Shown here: positions 38,906 through 49,893 of the stretch, one piece after another
Layout of the letters: each line of letters begins with the position of its first letter
How positions within the stretch are numbered: position 1 is the first letter of the stretch
Source of the DNA: Candidatus Pampinifervens sinense
GTDB taxonomy: Bacteria; Aquificota; Aquificia; Aquificales; Aquificaceae
Length of the DNA stretch: 64,000 bases
NCBI GenBank assembly: GCA_037927135.1
Contig: JAXSPP010000007.1
Span: forward strand, 32,001 to 96,000
Reading direction: 5' to 3'
Notes under the pieces: generated by a model
The model's input: the letters and a program-made list of their open reading frames with translations, nothing else
Told to the model about the DNA's origin: nothing
Database searches by the model: none
Translations under genes and position numbers: made by a program

Positions 38906-39751
38906 TCACACCGCTATAACCTTTGCTTTACGCCCTTCTTCAAAACCCTCTATGTACAAGCTTATAAATTTACTAGCCTTTTCAAGGTTTTTCAATAGTT
39001 CTTGATCATAAAGTTCCATAGGATTGTTCACATAAAAACTTACCCTTGCTTCTCCCTTTTCAAGCCTTATAGGCACATGAAATCCACCATTGGAAAAGTC
39101 TATCTCCTTTGAGGAATGTTCGTATAGGGGTGTGATACTTATAGCCTTTAGACTAAACCTCTCCTTTATAGCCTTTAGATAATCTTCAAGACTTTGACTT
39201 TCTTGAAGGGTATCCAAAAGCTCCGCCTGGGCTCTTAAAATGACCATTTCCTTTTCCAGCTTGCTGTAGTCTGCAGTTATCTTAGAGTAAGCCTTCCTTA
39301 GGTTCCTCACATAGAACCTTTCCTTTCTTAGTGCATCCACAAGGTCTGGATGTAAGGAAGATATATATAAGGCTATGAGAAATGGAAGTAGAGAAAGACC
39401 AAGCTTACCATAATGATAAAAGGAAAAACCGACTGTAAACCAAAGGAATAACATACCGTAAAATACTCTTCTGCTTGAGTAAAGAGATATGAAGGGTAGA
39501 AGGGCAAAAAAACCTTCCTTTTGCCCGGAAAATATGGCTAAGGCAGGCACAAAGATTATGTCTCCATAGTTTTTGAAAAGCTTTAATTTCCCAGGATAAA
39601 GGTAGTGATACATGCTGAAAAGGAGGTAGATCACAGAGGGAACTATAAGAAGTGCTTGTTTAGTTGGTGGTTTTCCCACAGATAAAGCTATAAAGTATAC
39701 AAATACTAGAACTCTGAGTGCCAAAAAGATTAATGCCATGTCTCTAAGCAT
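38906..39751 (-). CDS. Hypothetical membrane protein with C-terminal coiled/soluble region
   Basis: About five TM segments followed by a coiled stretch; overlaps downstream gene start region. Confidence 0.7.
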   Translation of the reverse strand: MLRDMALIFLALRVLVFVYFIALSVGKPPTKQALLIVPSVIYLLFSMYHYLYPGKLKLFKNYGDIIFVPALAIFSGQKEGFFALLPFISLYSSRRVFYGMLFLWFTVGFSFYHYGKLGLSLLPFLIALYISSLHPDLVDALRKERFYVRNLRKAYSKITADYSKLEKEMVILRAQAELLDTLQESQSLEDYLKAIKERFSLKAISITPLYEHSSKEIDFSNGGFHVPIRLEKGEARVSFYVNNPMELYDQELLKNLEKASKFISLYIEGFEEGRKAKVIAV

Positions 39752-39758
39752 ATGCCTT

Positions 39759-40016
39759 CTACTCCACTTCTATTCTTTTAACCTTTCCCTTCCTTTCAAC
39801 CTTTTCTATCTTCCCTTCCAACTTGCTAACCTCATGATCTACTATTGCTTTAAGGATCTTCCAGAAGGAGAGCTCTATGACGTAAAGGTTTTTAATCACT
39901 TCCCTTCTTACCTCCTTAGGGGGAAGGAGTATTTCAAGTACCTTAAAAAGATCCCTTCTTAACTCTTCTACCTGCTGTTCAAGGCTCTCTTGATCTACCT
40001 TTTCCTTCCCTTCCAT
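39759..40016 (-). CDS. Hypothetical protein
   Basis: 85-aa charged ORF; TATATT 7 nt before ATG. Confidence 0.7.
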   Translation of the reverse strand: MEGKEKVDQESLEQQVEELRRDLFKVLEILLPPKEVRREVIKNLYVIELSFWKILKAIVDHEVSKLEGKIEKVERKGKVKRIEVE

Positions 40017-40031
40017 GGCTTTAAATATATT

Positions 40032-40760
40032 CTACAACTTCATAAGCTTCAAGAATTCCTTCACAGCCCTTTCCATACCCCACAGTATGGCATTGGATAC
40101 TATAGAATGTCCCACGTTTAACTCTTCCACCACATCCTTTAACTCCCTTACAAGAAGGGGAGTATTTTTATAGGTGAGGCCATGACCAGCATAGACTTTT
40201 AATCCTAAGGATCTAGCCTTTATTCCCGCTTCTTTTAACCTCTCAAGCTCCCTTTTTGCCTCCTCTATAAGGTGAGCATTAAAGAGGTTCGCATACCTTC
40301 CTGTATGAAGCTCTATAGCATCCGCTCCGACTTCCTTACTTGCATACACTTGATCTTCCTCAGGTTCTATAAACAAGGAAACCTCTAGGCCATTCTCCTT
40401 AAAATCTTTAATATACTCCTTCAAATAATCCTTCATCTTGACCACATCAAGCCCACCTTCTGTAGTGATCTCTTCCCGTCTTTCTGGCACTAAAGTTATC
40501 CTGTTAGGCTTTACCCTAAGGGCTATTTCTTTCATCTCCTGTGTAGGTGCCATCTCAAGGTTTACAGGCACATGAACAGCTCTCTTAATTAATTCTAGAT
40601 CCTCCTCCTGTATATGTCTTCTGTCCTCTCTTAAGTGAAGGGTGATCTGGTGAGCACCCGCTTGCTGAGCCAAAAGGGCAGCAAAAAGGGGACTTGGTTC
40701 AAAGGTTCTTCTTGCCTGCCTTACGGTTGCCACATGGTCTACGTTTACACCGAGCCTCAT
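40032..40760 (-). CDS. pdxJ: Pyridoxine 5'-phosphate synthase
   Basis: LGVNVDHVATVRQAR, HLREDRRHI, TTEGGLD, IELHTG, AGHGL. Confidence 0.97.
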   Translation of the reverse strand: MRLGVNVDHVATVRQARRTFEPSPLFAALLAQQAGAHQITLHLREDRRHIQEEDLELIKRAVHVPVNLEMAPTQEMKEIALRVKPNRITLVPERREEITTEGGLDVVKMKDYLKEYIKDFKENGLEVSLFIEPEEDQVYASKEVGADAIELHTGRYANLFNAHLIEEAKRELERLKEAGIKARSLGLKVYAGHGLTYKNTPLLVRELKDVVEELNVGHSIVSNAILWGMERAVKEFLKLMKL

Positions 40761-40779
40761 CAAGGTTTATATTATAACT

Positions 40780-41658
40780 ATGCTGGAGCTAAAAGAAAGA
40801 GATCCCTTAAGCAACTTACTTTTGGAAGTGCTGGAAGACCCATCAAAAAAGGAAATGATCTATTATCTTATATGCTATCTACAGCTTGTAAGAAGGGAGG
40901 ACAGTTTTAACATAGAGCTAAACAGGTTTCTATCCTGTGCTTACAAAAACTTTCAAAGAGCAAGAAGCTATTGGAAGGATCTGTTGGTTAGCATGAACGT
41001 CTTTGTTATCTCAGACCTCTATGGAAACCTTTACATGGGTAAAGACATATATAAGGTGGAGGAGGAAGGGATATACCTGATAAGCTTAAGGCACGAGTAT
41101 TTGAATCAGGTTGATGAGATAGGTCTAAAAGCTTTAAAGTTGTGGAATATACTCAGTAAAACTGCTGTTTATAGAAAGTTTATAACAGCGCAGGATGCGG
41201 TAATCATATCCACTCTACTCTTTAACGAAGGACTCTACCAAGAGGTTATAAATTACTGTGAGCTTTGCATTGAGAGATATCCCTCCGAGGCTTCATACTT
41301 TAGAATACTTGATAGGCTTTCTAGATTGTATACAGAGGCTAAAGATGTAAAAGGGATAATTAGAGAGGTTCTAAAGGAGCTTGAAAGGCTGGGAGAGGTA
41401 TTCTATGGTGTGAACCTTTTGAAGCTAAGGAGAGATATGGAGGTTATGTTAAAGAGGGTTGAGAGGGGGCAGAGCATTGGACCAATACGTATTGAATTTG
41501 TAAAGTACAGAGATAGGGGAAAGGGCCTACTTGGTAGAATATTTAGGAAGATAAGGGAGTTGGCCATAAGTATATTTAGAAGAAGGAAGGAGGGTTATAG
41601 TTCCTTTGGGGAGGTCTTATGTTCAAAGAATTTTCAGACCCAATACATCAGCTTATAA
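40780..41658 (+). CDS. Hypothetical protein (helical)
   Basis: 292-aa ORF divergent from pdxJ, overlapping the next gene. Confidence 0.7.
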   Translation: MLELKERDPLSNLLLEVLEDPSKKEMIYYLICYLQLVRREDSFNIELNRFLSCAYKNFQRARSYWKDLLVSMNVFVISDLYGNLYMGKDIYKVEEEGIYLISLRHEYLNQVDEIGLKALKLWNILSKTAVYRKFITAQDAVIISTLLFNEGLYQEVINYCELCIERYPSEASYFRILDRLSRLYTEAKDVKGIIREVLKELERLGEVFYGVNLLKLRRDMEVMLKRVERGQSIGPIRIEFVKYRDRGKGLLGRIFRKIRELAISIFRRRKEGYSSFGEVLCSKNFQTQYISL

Positions 41659-42728
41659 AGGCCGATCCTTGTGAAACTAAAGTAATAAACAGCTTTCCAA
41701 TGCAGAGGTTAAGGTTTATAAAACAGCTGGGTATAACTTACCTCGTCTTTCCGTCCGCACAACATAGCAGGTTTGAACACTCCCTTGGCACCATGGAGCT
41801 GGCTGGAAGAATTTATGTAGGCCTTGGTCTCAAGGATGAAAGACTTTATAGCCTTTTTAGGCTTGCTGGTCTTTTGCATGATATAGGGCATGCACCCTTT
41901 TCCCACACTACAGAGGTCCTTCTCGGAGACAAAAGTCACGAAAGCATAGGCGAAAGGGTTATCTTTGAAGAGGGTGTGGCGGACATTTTAAAGGATTGTG
42001 GATACACAGATGAAGAGATCAACATAATTGTGCGTATAGCCTTTAAGAAGGATAAGAGCCTTCCGATGATAATAACGGGAGAGTTTGGTGCAGACAGGAT
42101 GGACTATCTCAGAAGAGATGCCTACTTTTGTGGCACTTCCTATGGCTTTTTTGATTACAGCAGGCTTCTTGAGAATATACTTTTGGTGGATGGTAAAAAA
42201 TGTGTTCATATTAGCGCCTTAAGGTCCTTGGAAAGCTTTATACTTGGCAGGTACTTTATGTACTCTCAGGTCTATTTTCATAAGGTTGTGCGCATACTAA
42301 ACATACATCTAAAAGAGGTCATTGAAGACTTTTTCAAAGAAGGTCTTTTGGATCCAAGAGATTTCCACAGGAAAACGGACCATCATGTCATATCCCTTAT
42401 GTTGGATAGACATAAGGAAGAGAAGGTAAGGAGAGTTTTGGGAAGGGAGCATTACAGAGAGGTTTTCTTCACTTCATCTAAAGATGTTTTTGAATATGTA
42501 AAAGAGAGGCTTTTGGAGAGGTATGAGGAGGACCTTTTGCGCTTTGACCACATAAGCAAAAAAGTTCTGGATGAAGACATACCCTTATGGGATGGGAGCA
42601 AGCTTAAAAGCCTCAGAGAAGTTTCACACCTCGTCTCTTCCCTAAGGGATATAGAATTTTACAGAATATACGCCCATCCTAAGCACAAGGATGATGTAAA
42701 AAGCTATGTTCGCAAAATATATGGATAA
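41619..42728 (+). CDS. HD-domain phosphohydrolase (dNTPase/SAMHD1-like)
   Basis: DPIH, QRLR.IKQLG, HSRFEHSLG, LLHDIGH.PFSH, DRMDYL.RD, VYFHK. Confidence 0.9.
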   Translation: MFKEFSDPIHQLIKADPCETKVINSFPMQRLRFIKQLGITYLVFPSAQHSRFEHSLGTMELAGRIYVGLGLKDERLYSLFRLAGLLHDIGHAPFSHTTEVLLGDKSHESIGERVIFEEGVADILKDCGYTDEEINIIVRIAFKKDKSLPMIITGEFGADRMDYLRRDAYFCGTSYGFFDYSRLLENILLVDGKKCVHISALRSLESFILGRYFMYSQVYFHKVVRILNIHLKEVIEDFFKEGLLDPRDFHRKTDHHVISLMLDRHKEEKVRRVLGREHYREVFFTSSKDVFEYVKERLLERYEEDLLRFDHISKKVLDEDIPLWDGSKLKSLREVSHLVSSLRDIEFYRIYAHPKHKDDVKSYVRKIYG

Positions 42729-44631
42729 TTCCAGATTTATCACCCTTCTTTTGGTGCATCTTACTGCCCTTATAGGCATACTTTCCTTGTGGAATGTGGC
42801 TGAAAGTCTCTACTTTTTTGTATTTCTTTTTGTCTATCTTCTTGGCGTTTATATGGATTTTAAGGGCTTTTATCCCATAAGAAGAGTTTTTCTAACCCTC
42901 TTTGGCTTTATACTTAGCCTCTACTTTTTGTCCTTTTTGAGCCTTGAAGACCTATTAAAGCCCTTTGCCCATGTGGTCCTTTTGCTTCTTTCCATAAAAA
43001 GCCTTGAAGAAAAAAGGCCAAGGGACCTATACCAGATACTCCTTCTTGGCCTTTTTGCCCTCTCCATATCAACGGCCTATAATCTTAGCCTTAGCTTCCT
43101 TTTGGTCTTTTTGCTTTATAGCTTTCTTGGTCTTACTTCCCTTGTCTTTTTAAACCTCTATAGAAAGGTTGGAGAAAAAAGGCTTGGATGGCTTAGCTAC
43201 AAGGGCTTTTTCTTTGTAAGCCTTGTTTTCTTTTTGTTTGTGCTTTTCCTTACTCCAGCCTTTTTCTTCTTTTTACCACGAAGCCAAGCGCCTCTTTTTG
43301 ACCTTTTTTCCAGAGGTAGTGGTCTAAGGACTGGCTTGGCTGATAGCATAAGCCTTGGAAAGGTAGGAGAGATACAGGAGGACAACACAGTTGCCTTCAG
43401 AGTCTATGGACTTCCACCAAGCTTAAAAGAGCCATACTGGAGGGCTATAGTTTTTGACAGATATGAAAATCACACATGGCTTAAGGAAAGGGAGGTGCCA
43501 CTGCCTCAACCAAGCGGTGTGGGAGAATACGTTTATACCTTAGTAATTGAGCCATCCTTTGACAACATCATACCAGCCCTTGATTACCCTTATAGCATCC
43601 TTAAGGTGGAAGGCATAAGCGCCAATGCTTATATAACATTGGGAAACACTCTGCGCCTTGAGAGGGAGATAAACAGAACCATAAGGGTAAGGCTTAGTTC
43701 CTCAAGGGAGATGTATATAAAGGAAAGCCCAGAAAGGTACTTGGATGTGCCAAAGGATATTAGTCCAAACATAAAAAGGCTTGCAAGAGAACTTGAAAAG
43801 GGTGCAAAAGATGATATGGAAAAGGTAAAAAGGGTTATAAATTACTTTTCCAAAGGCTATAGCTATACTTTGAGGCTTGAAAAGTATGAAGGAGATCCTC
43901 TTGATTACTTCCTTTTTGTATCAAAAAAGGGCAACTGCGAATACTATGCCAGCGCAACCGCACTGCTTTTGAGAGTTATGGGGGTGCCAGCAAGGGTGGT
44001 GGGTGGCTATAAGGGAGCTTTGTGGAATCAATACGGTGGCTATCATATAGTTACCAACTCTATGGCCCATGTGTGGGTAGAGGCCTACGTTAACGGAGAA
44101 TGGATAAGGGTGGATACCACACCACCCTACATACCCCCAGCCGTCAAAAGAATATCCACCCTTGCCCTCATAAGGGACTACATAGTTAGCTTTTGGTATT
44201 CCAATGTGGTGGGATATTCTTCCGAAAAGCAGATAAGGCTTTTTAAAAACATTGGGGAAGGTTTAAAGTCTGAATTAAAGCTGGAAAGCCTAAGGAAGAG
44301 GTTTTTGCAAGCCTTTTATCTTTTGGTATTCACAGCCGGTCTTTATTTGACTGTCCTTTTTGTCCTAAAACAGAGAAGAACGCCGGAGAACCTATACGGT
44401 AGGACAAAAGCCCTGCTTGTAAAAGAAGGCATAATAAAGGAGGATGCCCTCCCTGAAGAGATACTCTCCTCTTGCAAAGACAAAGAATACTACAAGCTGG
44501 TCAAGTTTATCCTTTCCATATACCAAAGACACAAATACTCTCCCTACAAGGTCTATCCAGACGAGGTAAGGGAAGGCTACAATGCTTTGAGCAAGTTAAA
44601 AGATCTTATCCGTAGTTCTCGTCGCTCCTGA
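42721..44631 (+). CDS. TgpA-like transglutaminase family membrane protein (DUF3488)
   Basis: N-terminal TMs, [34 protein letters not shown]. Confidence 0.88.
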   Translation: MDNSRFITLLLVHLTALIGILSLWNVAESLYFFVFLFVYLLGVYMDFKGFYPIRRVFLTLFGFILSLYFLSFLSLEDLLKPFAHVVLLLLSIKSLEEKRPRDLYQILLLGLFALSISTAYNLSLSFLLVFLLYSFLGLTSLVFLNLYRKVGEKRLGWLSYKGFFFVSLVFFLFVLFLTPAFFFFLPRSQAPLFDLFSRGSGLRTGLADSISLGKVGEIQEDNTVAFRVYGLPPSLKEPYWRAIVFDRYENHTWLKEREVPLPQPSGVGEYVYTLVIEPSFDNIIPALDYPYSILKVEGISANAYITLGNTLRLEREINRTIRVRLSSSREMYIKESPERYLDVPKDISPNIKRLARELEKGAKDDMEKVKRVINYFSKGYSYTLRLEKYEGDPLDYFLFVSKKGNCEYYASATALLLRVMGVPARVVGGYKGALWNQYGGYHIVTNSMAHVWVEAYVNGEWIRVDTTPPYIPPAVKRISTLALIRDYIVSFWYSNVVGYSSEKQIRLFKNIGEGLKSELKLESLRKRFLQAFYLLVFTAGLYLTVLFVLKQRRTPENLYGRTKALLVKEGIIKEDALPEEILSSCKDKEYYKLVKFILSIYQRHKYSPYKVYPDEVREGYNALSKLKDLIRSSRRS

Positions 44632-44986
44632 CCCTTACAACCGTATGCACGTTTCCCCTTGGATTGAAATCTCCTATTACTTCCAAAAATCTGGGCTTTA
44701 AAAGCTCGTAGAGGGCTGAATATATCTCGTTTGTGGCCTGCTCATGAGAGATATACCTGTTTCTAAACTTGTTTAGCCAAAGCTTTAGGGACCTTAGCTC
44801 CACTATCTTTTTGTCCGGTATGTATCTTATCTTTATGGTGGCATAGTCTGGATAGCCAGAACGGGGACAAAGGCAGGAAAACTCTGGAAAGGTAATCTCA
44901 ATCATGTAGTTCCTCTCTGGTGTAGGATTATCCCAAGCTTCCAGCTCCGCCTGCTCTATAGCAATCTCTCCATACTTCTTTTCCAT
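44606..44986 (-). CDS. queF: NADPH-dependent preQ0 reductase
   Basis: [30 protein letters not shown]. Confidence 0.95.
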   Translation of the reverse strand: MEKKYGEIAIEQAELEAWDNPTPERNYMIEITFPEFSCLCPRSGYPDYATIKIRYIPDKKIVELRSLKLWLNKFRNRYISHEQATNEIYSALYELLKPRFLEVIGDFNPRGNVHTVVRVRSDENYG

Positions 44987-44991
44987 AGGAT

Positions 44992-46257
44992 TTATTTTAA
45001 GCCACCATTACACTCAAGCAAGGCATAAACTCCGTCAAACTCCTTGCCCTTTAGAAGAAGTTTGCAACTCGATAAATCTTTTAGATGGCTTTCCTTTGTT
45101 ATGATTAGGCCTTTCGCCCGAAGGGGGTCTTCAAGCCTTTCTATGCATCTTTCTGAGTAATAAACCAAGGCTGAGTCTTCTGCCTTGTAAAAATAGACTG
45201 GCCCTTGATAGGCTTTGACTATGGGGTATGCCTTAGGTGTAAACCTGTTGGACTGATAGAGGTATAAAAGGGGCAACAAAGAGAAAAGCACAAGTAGGGA
45301 GAGGGAAACAGCAAATCTCAAATAGCTTTTGCTTGCCACATGGGCCAGAAGGATGGCAAGGGGTGGGTAGGCAAAGAGTATGTAGTGGTGTAGCTTGTTG
45401 CTGGCAAGGCTAAAAAAGATAAGCACAAAGGAAAACCAAAGAAGTAGAGGGGTCCACTCCCTTTTAAAGCCTTTCAAAAGCCTTGGGTATAGGGGTAGGT
45501 ACCAAAGGGTGCCTACGGCGAGGACAATAAGATAGTAATAAAAAGGTGCAGGATGGGTGGACCTCTGCCCTGTGTATCTCATAAAGTTCTCATATATGAA
45601 AAACCTATAGAAGTATTCGTAGCCATAATGGGCTATCATGAAGGCATATCAAGAGAAGCCAAAGACAAAGAAAAGGAATAAACCTTTTGGGTTGAGAAAT
45701 CTAAAATCCCTTTTCCAAAGGAGATAAACACCTACGCATAGGACCACACCTACAGGACCTTTTGTAAGGAAGGCAAGGGACAGGGCAAGCCAACCCAAAA
45801 GGAACCTTTCTTTTAAAAAGGCGTAAAGCCCAGCAAAGGTGAAAAAGGTATTTAGCATCTCTGGAACTACAGCCCTTGACTCTATCCAAAGATGGGGAAA
45901 GGTAAGAAGTATTAAAGAGGCTTTTATGGCTATGTCCTTTGAGTAAAGGTCTCTTGCCAAAAGGTATGTTAGGACTGTTAGGCCTATGGCCGAAAGGCCT
46001 GAAACAAGTCTTGCAGAAAATTCATTTAAACCGAAGAGAAAAGAACTTATGGAAACAAGCCAGTATAGCATTGGAGGCTTTTCAAACCTTGGCTGGCAGT
46101 TATACATGGGGAAGATAAAGTCTTTACTTTTTAGCATGTGCTGGACTGCGCTCATATTCCTCCCTTCATCAAGGGAGGTAAAGGACAATATACAGTTGCC
46201 AAGGAGGAAGTAGAGGAAGGATAAGATTAAAAGACCAAGTAGGCCACGAGAAAGCAT
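44992..46257 (-). pseudogene. ArnT/GT39-like membrane glycosyltransferase interrupted by an in-frame TGA at 45651-45649
   Basis: DEGR, RFEKPP.LYW, LTKGPVG in the 5' part; EN..RY, H..PFYYY, KLHHYIL..YP in the 3' part; both halves in the same frame. Confidence 0.75.
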
Positions 46258-46727
46258 AGCACTCCTATAAACCATCCTACCACCACATCAAGGGGAAAAT
46301 GCACACCCATATAAACTCTACCATAGCCTATGAGAAGGGGGTATAAAAGAAGAAAGGGCCTTAGCCAAGGTGGGGAGACTTCTATAAGACATAGGGCAAT
46401 GCTCATGGCCATGGCAGAGTCTCCAGAAGGGAAGGATTTTAGATGTAGGTCCTCTAAGGCATAAACCTTTGGAAGGACAGAGGGAGGCCTTTTTGCCCTT
46501 ATGGTATACTTTAGTGCTTTTACGATAATAGTTTGTAAAACCATTACAAGAAGATACTTTGGAAAAGCCTTTTTTAAAAGGGTAAAGAACAGCACACCCA
46601 CTAAGGCACCAAACCAGCCCTTTCCAAGATGGTGAAAGTATCTGTAAAAGAGGTCCAAAAAGGCATGTCTGTTATGGTTTATAAGATAGAAAAGCCTATG
46701 GTTAAAAGGAATATTTTCTATGTCCAT
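46227..46727 (-). CDS. PAP2 family phosphatase, LpxE-like lipid phosphatase candidate
   Basis: Kx6RP, SFPSGD (His of PSGH replaced by Asp), RVY.GVHFP.DV. Confidence 0.85.
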   Translation of the reverse strand: MDIENIPFNHRLFYLINHNRHAFLDLFYRYFHHLGKGWFGALVGVLFFTLLKKAFPKYLLVMVLQTIIVKALKYTIRAKRPPSVLPKVYALEDLHLKSFPSGDSAMAMSIALCLIEVSPPWLRPFLLLYPLLIGYGRVYMGVHFPLDVVVGWFIGVLCFLVAYLVF

Positions 46728-47143
46728 TTATAGACTATTTTGCCCCTACTTACCTCCTCTGGCACAAGTACCACTTTTTGATCGCTCATAAAGGAGACAA
46801 AGCCCTCTATCAGCCCTGCAAAGAAGTAAACCACTGGTGATTTCATAAGGTCGTTGCCTACTATGGCATCGGTGAATATGTCCTCCTCCGCTATAACCTT
46901 GTCCCCTTCCATCTTTATTGATTTGGCAAAGCCAAGGTCCTCAAGTATGGCGCAGGACCTCCTTAGGGCCTCTTCCTTTTGCAAGACCTCTGGGAAATGT
47001 CCAATTAGACTCTCTAAAAGCCTTGGACCTGCTTGCTTTCCCGCATCGCGCATTACAGCCTTTGCCCCCTTATCACCTATGAGGCTCTTTACACCCTCCG
47101 CCATATTTACAATGGCAAGCAGCAGTATGTCCGCATCAATCAT
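46718..47143 (-). CDS. Hypothetical protein, V4R-like
   Basis: AGK.AG..L, LE.LGF, FFAGLIEGF pattern; own TATAAT and SD upstream. Confidence 0.55.
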   Translation of the reverse strand: MIDADILLLAIVNMAEGVKSLIGDKGAKAVMRDAGKQAGPRLLESLIGHFPEVLQKEEALRRSCAILEDLGFAKSIKMEGDKVIAEEDIFTDAIVGNDLMKSPVVYFFAGLIEGFVSFMSDQKVVLVPEEVSRGKIVYKWT

Positions 47144-47223
47144 GCTAATTACCCCCTTGTCATTATATCCTAAAATCTGATATGAATTTAATTAGTCCTC
47201 CTTATAAGGTTTATAAGCTTTCT

Positions 47224-48585
47224 TTAACCCACCACCTCATATACCCTTCCCCTAAACTTGGCACCAAGGGATCTGGCAAGCTCCTCCGTTTTTTTCATAT
47301 CCACTCCATCAAAATCTACTGCCGTGGCTACCACTTCAAAGCCCTCCTTAACAGCTTCCTTTATAAAGTCTATCACCATTTCAAAGGCGTTGGCTTGGGC
47401 TGGCCTGCATACCCTATCATAAGTTTCCTTATCTGGCGCATTGAGGCTTACAGACCAAACATCCACCAATCCCTTTAGCTCTTTTAGCTTCTCCCTTGGC
47501 AAAAAGGTAAACATAAGGCCGTTAGTATCCACCCTTACCCTTCCACCTCTCTCCTTTACCCATTTGGCTATCTCTTTTAGTGCAGAAAACCTTAAAGTAG
47601 GCTCTCCATATCCACAGAAGACTATCTCCTCATATTTCTTTGGGTCTCCTATCTCCCTTATCACCTCCTCTACGCTTGGGTCCCTTGAGACCCAAACCCA
47701 GTAGCCCTTTACCATAAAGTTCCTCTCCCTTTCCCTTTGACAGAAGGCGCAGTGAAGGTTGCACTTATTGGTAAGGTTTATATAAAGCTTGTTGTTTATC
47801 ACGTAGGTTATGGTCTCCTTTTTTCCGTTTATGAGGTTAAACAGAAGCTTGGCGTTTTCTGAGGTCATCCTCTCTACATCTTCAAAGGAGCTGTTGGGTA
47901 TTAGCTGGGCCAAAACCTCTGCCGTATACCTTATGTATGGTGGCTTATTTGGCTTTCCTCTCACAGGCTGGGGTGCCAAAAAGGGAGCATCCGTCTCTAT
48001 CAAAAGCCTGTAGGTAGGCGTCTTTTTTACCACTTCCCTGAGGGCTTGTGCATTTGGGTATGTGATTATGCCAGAGTAGGATATATAAAAGCCAAGGTCC
48101 ACGCAAGCCTTCATAAACTCATAGGACCCTGTAAAGCAATGCATCACACCCCCCACCTCATAAGCCTTTTCTTCCCTCAAGATCCTAATAGTTTCCTCTT
48201 CTGCATTCCTTGAGTGGACCACAATGGGAAGGCCAAGCTCCCTTGCTATGGCTATCTGTCTTCTAAAGACCTCCTCCTGCCTTTTTCTATCTGAATACTC
48301 CTTATAGAAATCAAGGCCCATCTCGCCAAGGGCCTTAACCTTTGGATGCTTAGTTGCCAGCTCCTTTAGCCATTCAAAATCCTCTTCCTTTACCTTGTCC
48401 GCCTCGTGAGGATGAAAGCCTATGGCACAAAAGACATGATCATGTTCTTCTGAAAGCCTTATGGCGTTCTTTATGGTCTTCCTGTCATAGCCTACGGTAA
48501 TAAGGCACTCTAAGCCCTCATCCTTTAGCGTCTCTTCCAAATCTTCCTTCTTCAAAAGGTCTAAGTGGCAATGGGTGTCTATCAT
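47224..48585 (-). CDS. TatD-family nuclease fused to a TatD-associated radical SAM domain
   Basis: IDTHCHL, G.HPH, GEMGLD, HSR, HCFTG, ETDAPFL, then LYINLTNKCNLHCAFC and VFCGYGEP. Confidence 0.9.
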   Translation of the reverse strand: MIDTHCHLDLLKKEDLEETLKDEGLECLITVGYDRKTIKNAIRLSEEHDHVFCAIGFHPHEADKVKEEDFEWLKELATKHPKVKALGEMGLDFYKEYSDRKRQEEVFRRQIAIARELGLPIVVHSRNAEEETIRILREEKAYEVGGVMHCFTGSYEFMKACVDLGFYISYSGIITYPNAQALREVVKKTPTYRLLIETDAPFLAPQPVRGKPNKPPYIRYTAEVLAQLIPNSSFEDVERMTSENAKLLFNLINGKKETITYVINNKLYINLTNKCNLHCAFCQRERERNFMVKGYWVWVSRDPSVEEVIREIGDPKKYEEIVFCGYGEPTLRFSALKEIAKWVKERGGRVRVDTNGLMFTFLPREKLKELKGLVDVWSVSLNAPDKETYDRVCRPAQANAFEMVIDFIKEAVKEGFEVVATAVDFDGVDMKKTEELARSLGAKFRGRVYEVVG

Positions 48586-48618
48586 GGAAATAGAAAGATA
48601 TAAAAAAGCCGTGCTTTT

Positions 48619-49893
48619 TCAAGGTCTATTTTTTATCCTTACCCTCAAAAAGTGCGTAGCACAGGATATGCATGGGTCAAAGTTCCTTATCATAGGCTCT
48701 GCCATGTCTTGAAGGTCCTCTTCCCTCATATTCTCAAGGCCCTTTATATGCTCCCACAGGGAAAGCTCCATGGCTGGAAGGTTTTGGGCAGTGGGTGGCA
48801 CTATGTCGGCCTTTAAAATCCTTCCCTCCTCATCAAAGGCGTAGTTGTGCCACAGCACACCCCTTGGTGCCTCAGAAACTCCAAAGCCCTCAGACCTCTT
48901 TGGCCTAAACTCCACAAGGCTTTTCTCTGGCCTTTTGTAGCCCTTGACAATATCAAGGGACCTCTCAAGGGAGTGGATGATCTCCAACATCCTCACAAGA
49001 AGGCTCTTGTAGGGATTTTTCAAAGGTGGCACAAGGCCAAGCCTTAAGGCCATCTCTTTTGCTAACGAAGATAGCTTTTCAAAGGCATTGTTAAAGCGTG
49101 CTAACGGTCCAACCAAATAGACCCTTCCATCCCTTAGCTTGGCATGCTTGGCCGTAGAATATGGCACCTCAAACTCTTCAAAAATCTCCTTAAAGGAAGA
49201 GGGCCTTATCCTTTGACCCTCAAAGTATATATCACCCTTTAGTATGGGGTATTCTTCTTCCCAAAGGGAGACAAAGACTATATCTTTTAGCTCAAAGTCT
49301 GGGAATTTGAGGCCTTTTAGCCTTTCCATCACCCAAAGGCTCTTCTCTAAGGCAAGGCCTATGGGCTCAATAAGGTGAGAGAGATCCTCTGGAAGGTGGC
49401 TAAAGCCTCCTGCCACCACAGAAACCGGATGGGAGGTCCTACCGCCAAGGCTTTGTATTATAAGGCTTCCAGCCCTCTTTATCTCCATACCAGCCATCAC
49501 AATCTCCTTGTCCACCTTGGACATCTCAACCAAGGAAGGCACACCATAAAAGTCCGGAAGGTGTAAAAAGAAAACATGAAGGGCATGGCTCTGTATCCAT
49601 TCACCAAAGTACATAAGCCTTCTTATTTTCTCTATTTCCTTTGGAACTTCAACGCCGAAGGCGTCCTCTATGGCCTGAACACCGCTCATCTGATAGGCCA
49701 CTGGGCATATGCCACATATGCGCGCAGTAATATCTGGAATAAGATGGTAGGGCTTACCCTTTAGTATGCCCTCTATGAACCTGGGTGGCTCGTATATGGA
49801 AAGCCTCAAGGCCTTTGGCTTCCCATCCTCAAGGTATACCTCAAGGGCACCCTCACCCTCTACCCTGGTAAGGGCGGAAAGCCTCAGCCTCAT
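48619..49893 (-). CDS. Group 3b NiFe hydrogenase large (alpha) subunit
   Basis: RVEGEG, L1 ARICGICP, EAPRG, VPPTAQN, L2 DPCISCATH plus short C-terminal extension. Confidence 0.92.
   Translation of the reverse strand: MRLRLSALTRVEGEGALEVYLEDGKPKALRLSIYEPPRFIEGILKGKPYHLIPDITARICGICPVAYQMSGVQAIEDAFGVEVPKEIEKIRRLMYFGEWIQSHALHVFFLHLPDFYGVPSLVEMSKVDKEIVMAGMEIKRAGSLIIQSLGGRTSHPVSVVAGGFSHLPEDLSHLIEPIGLALEKSLWVMERLKGLKFPDFELKDIVFVSLWEEEYPILKGDIYFEGQRIRPSSFKEIFEEFEVPYSTAKHAKLRDGRVYLVGPLARFNNAFEKLSSLAKEMALRLGLVPPLKNPYKSLLVRMLEIIHSLERSLDIVKGYKRPEKSLVEFRPKRSEGFGVSEAPRGVLWHNYAFDEEGRILKADIVPPTAQNLPAMELSLWEHIKGLENMREEDLQDMAEPMIRNFDPCISCATHFLRVRIKNRP

Noticed and set aside
45649-45651. Selenocysteine codon
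   Set aside because: The position corresponds to Trp, not Cys, in this family, and I see no convincing SECIS hairpin downstream.
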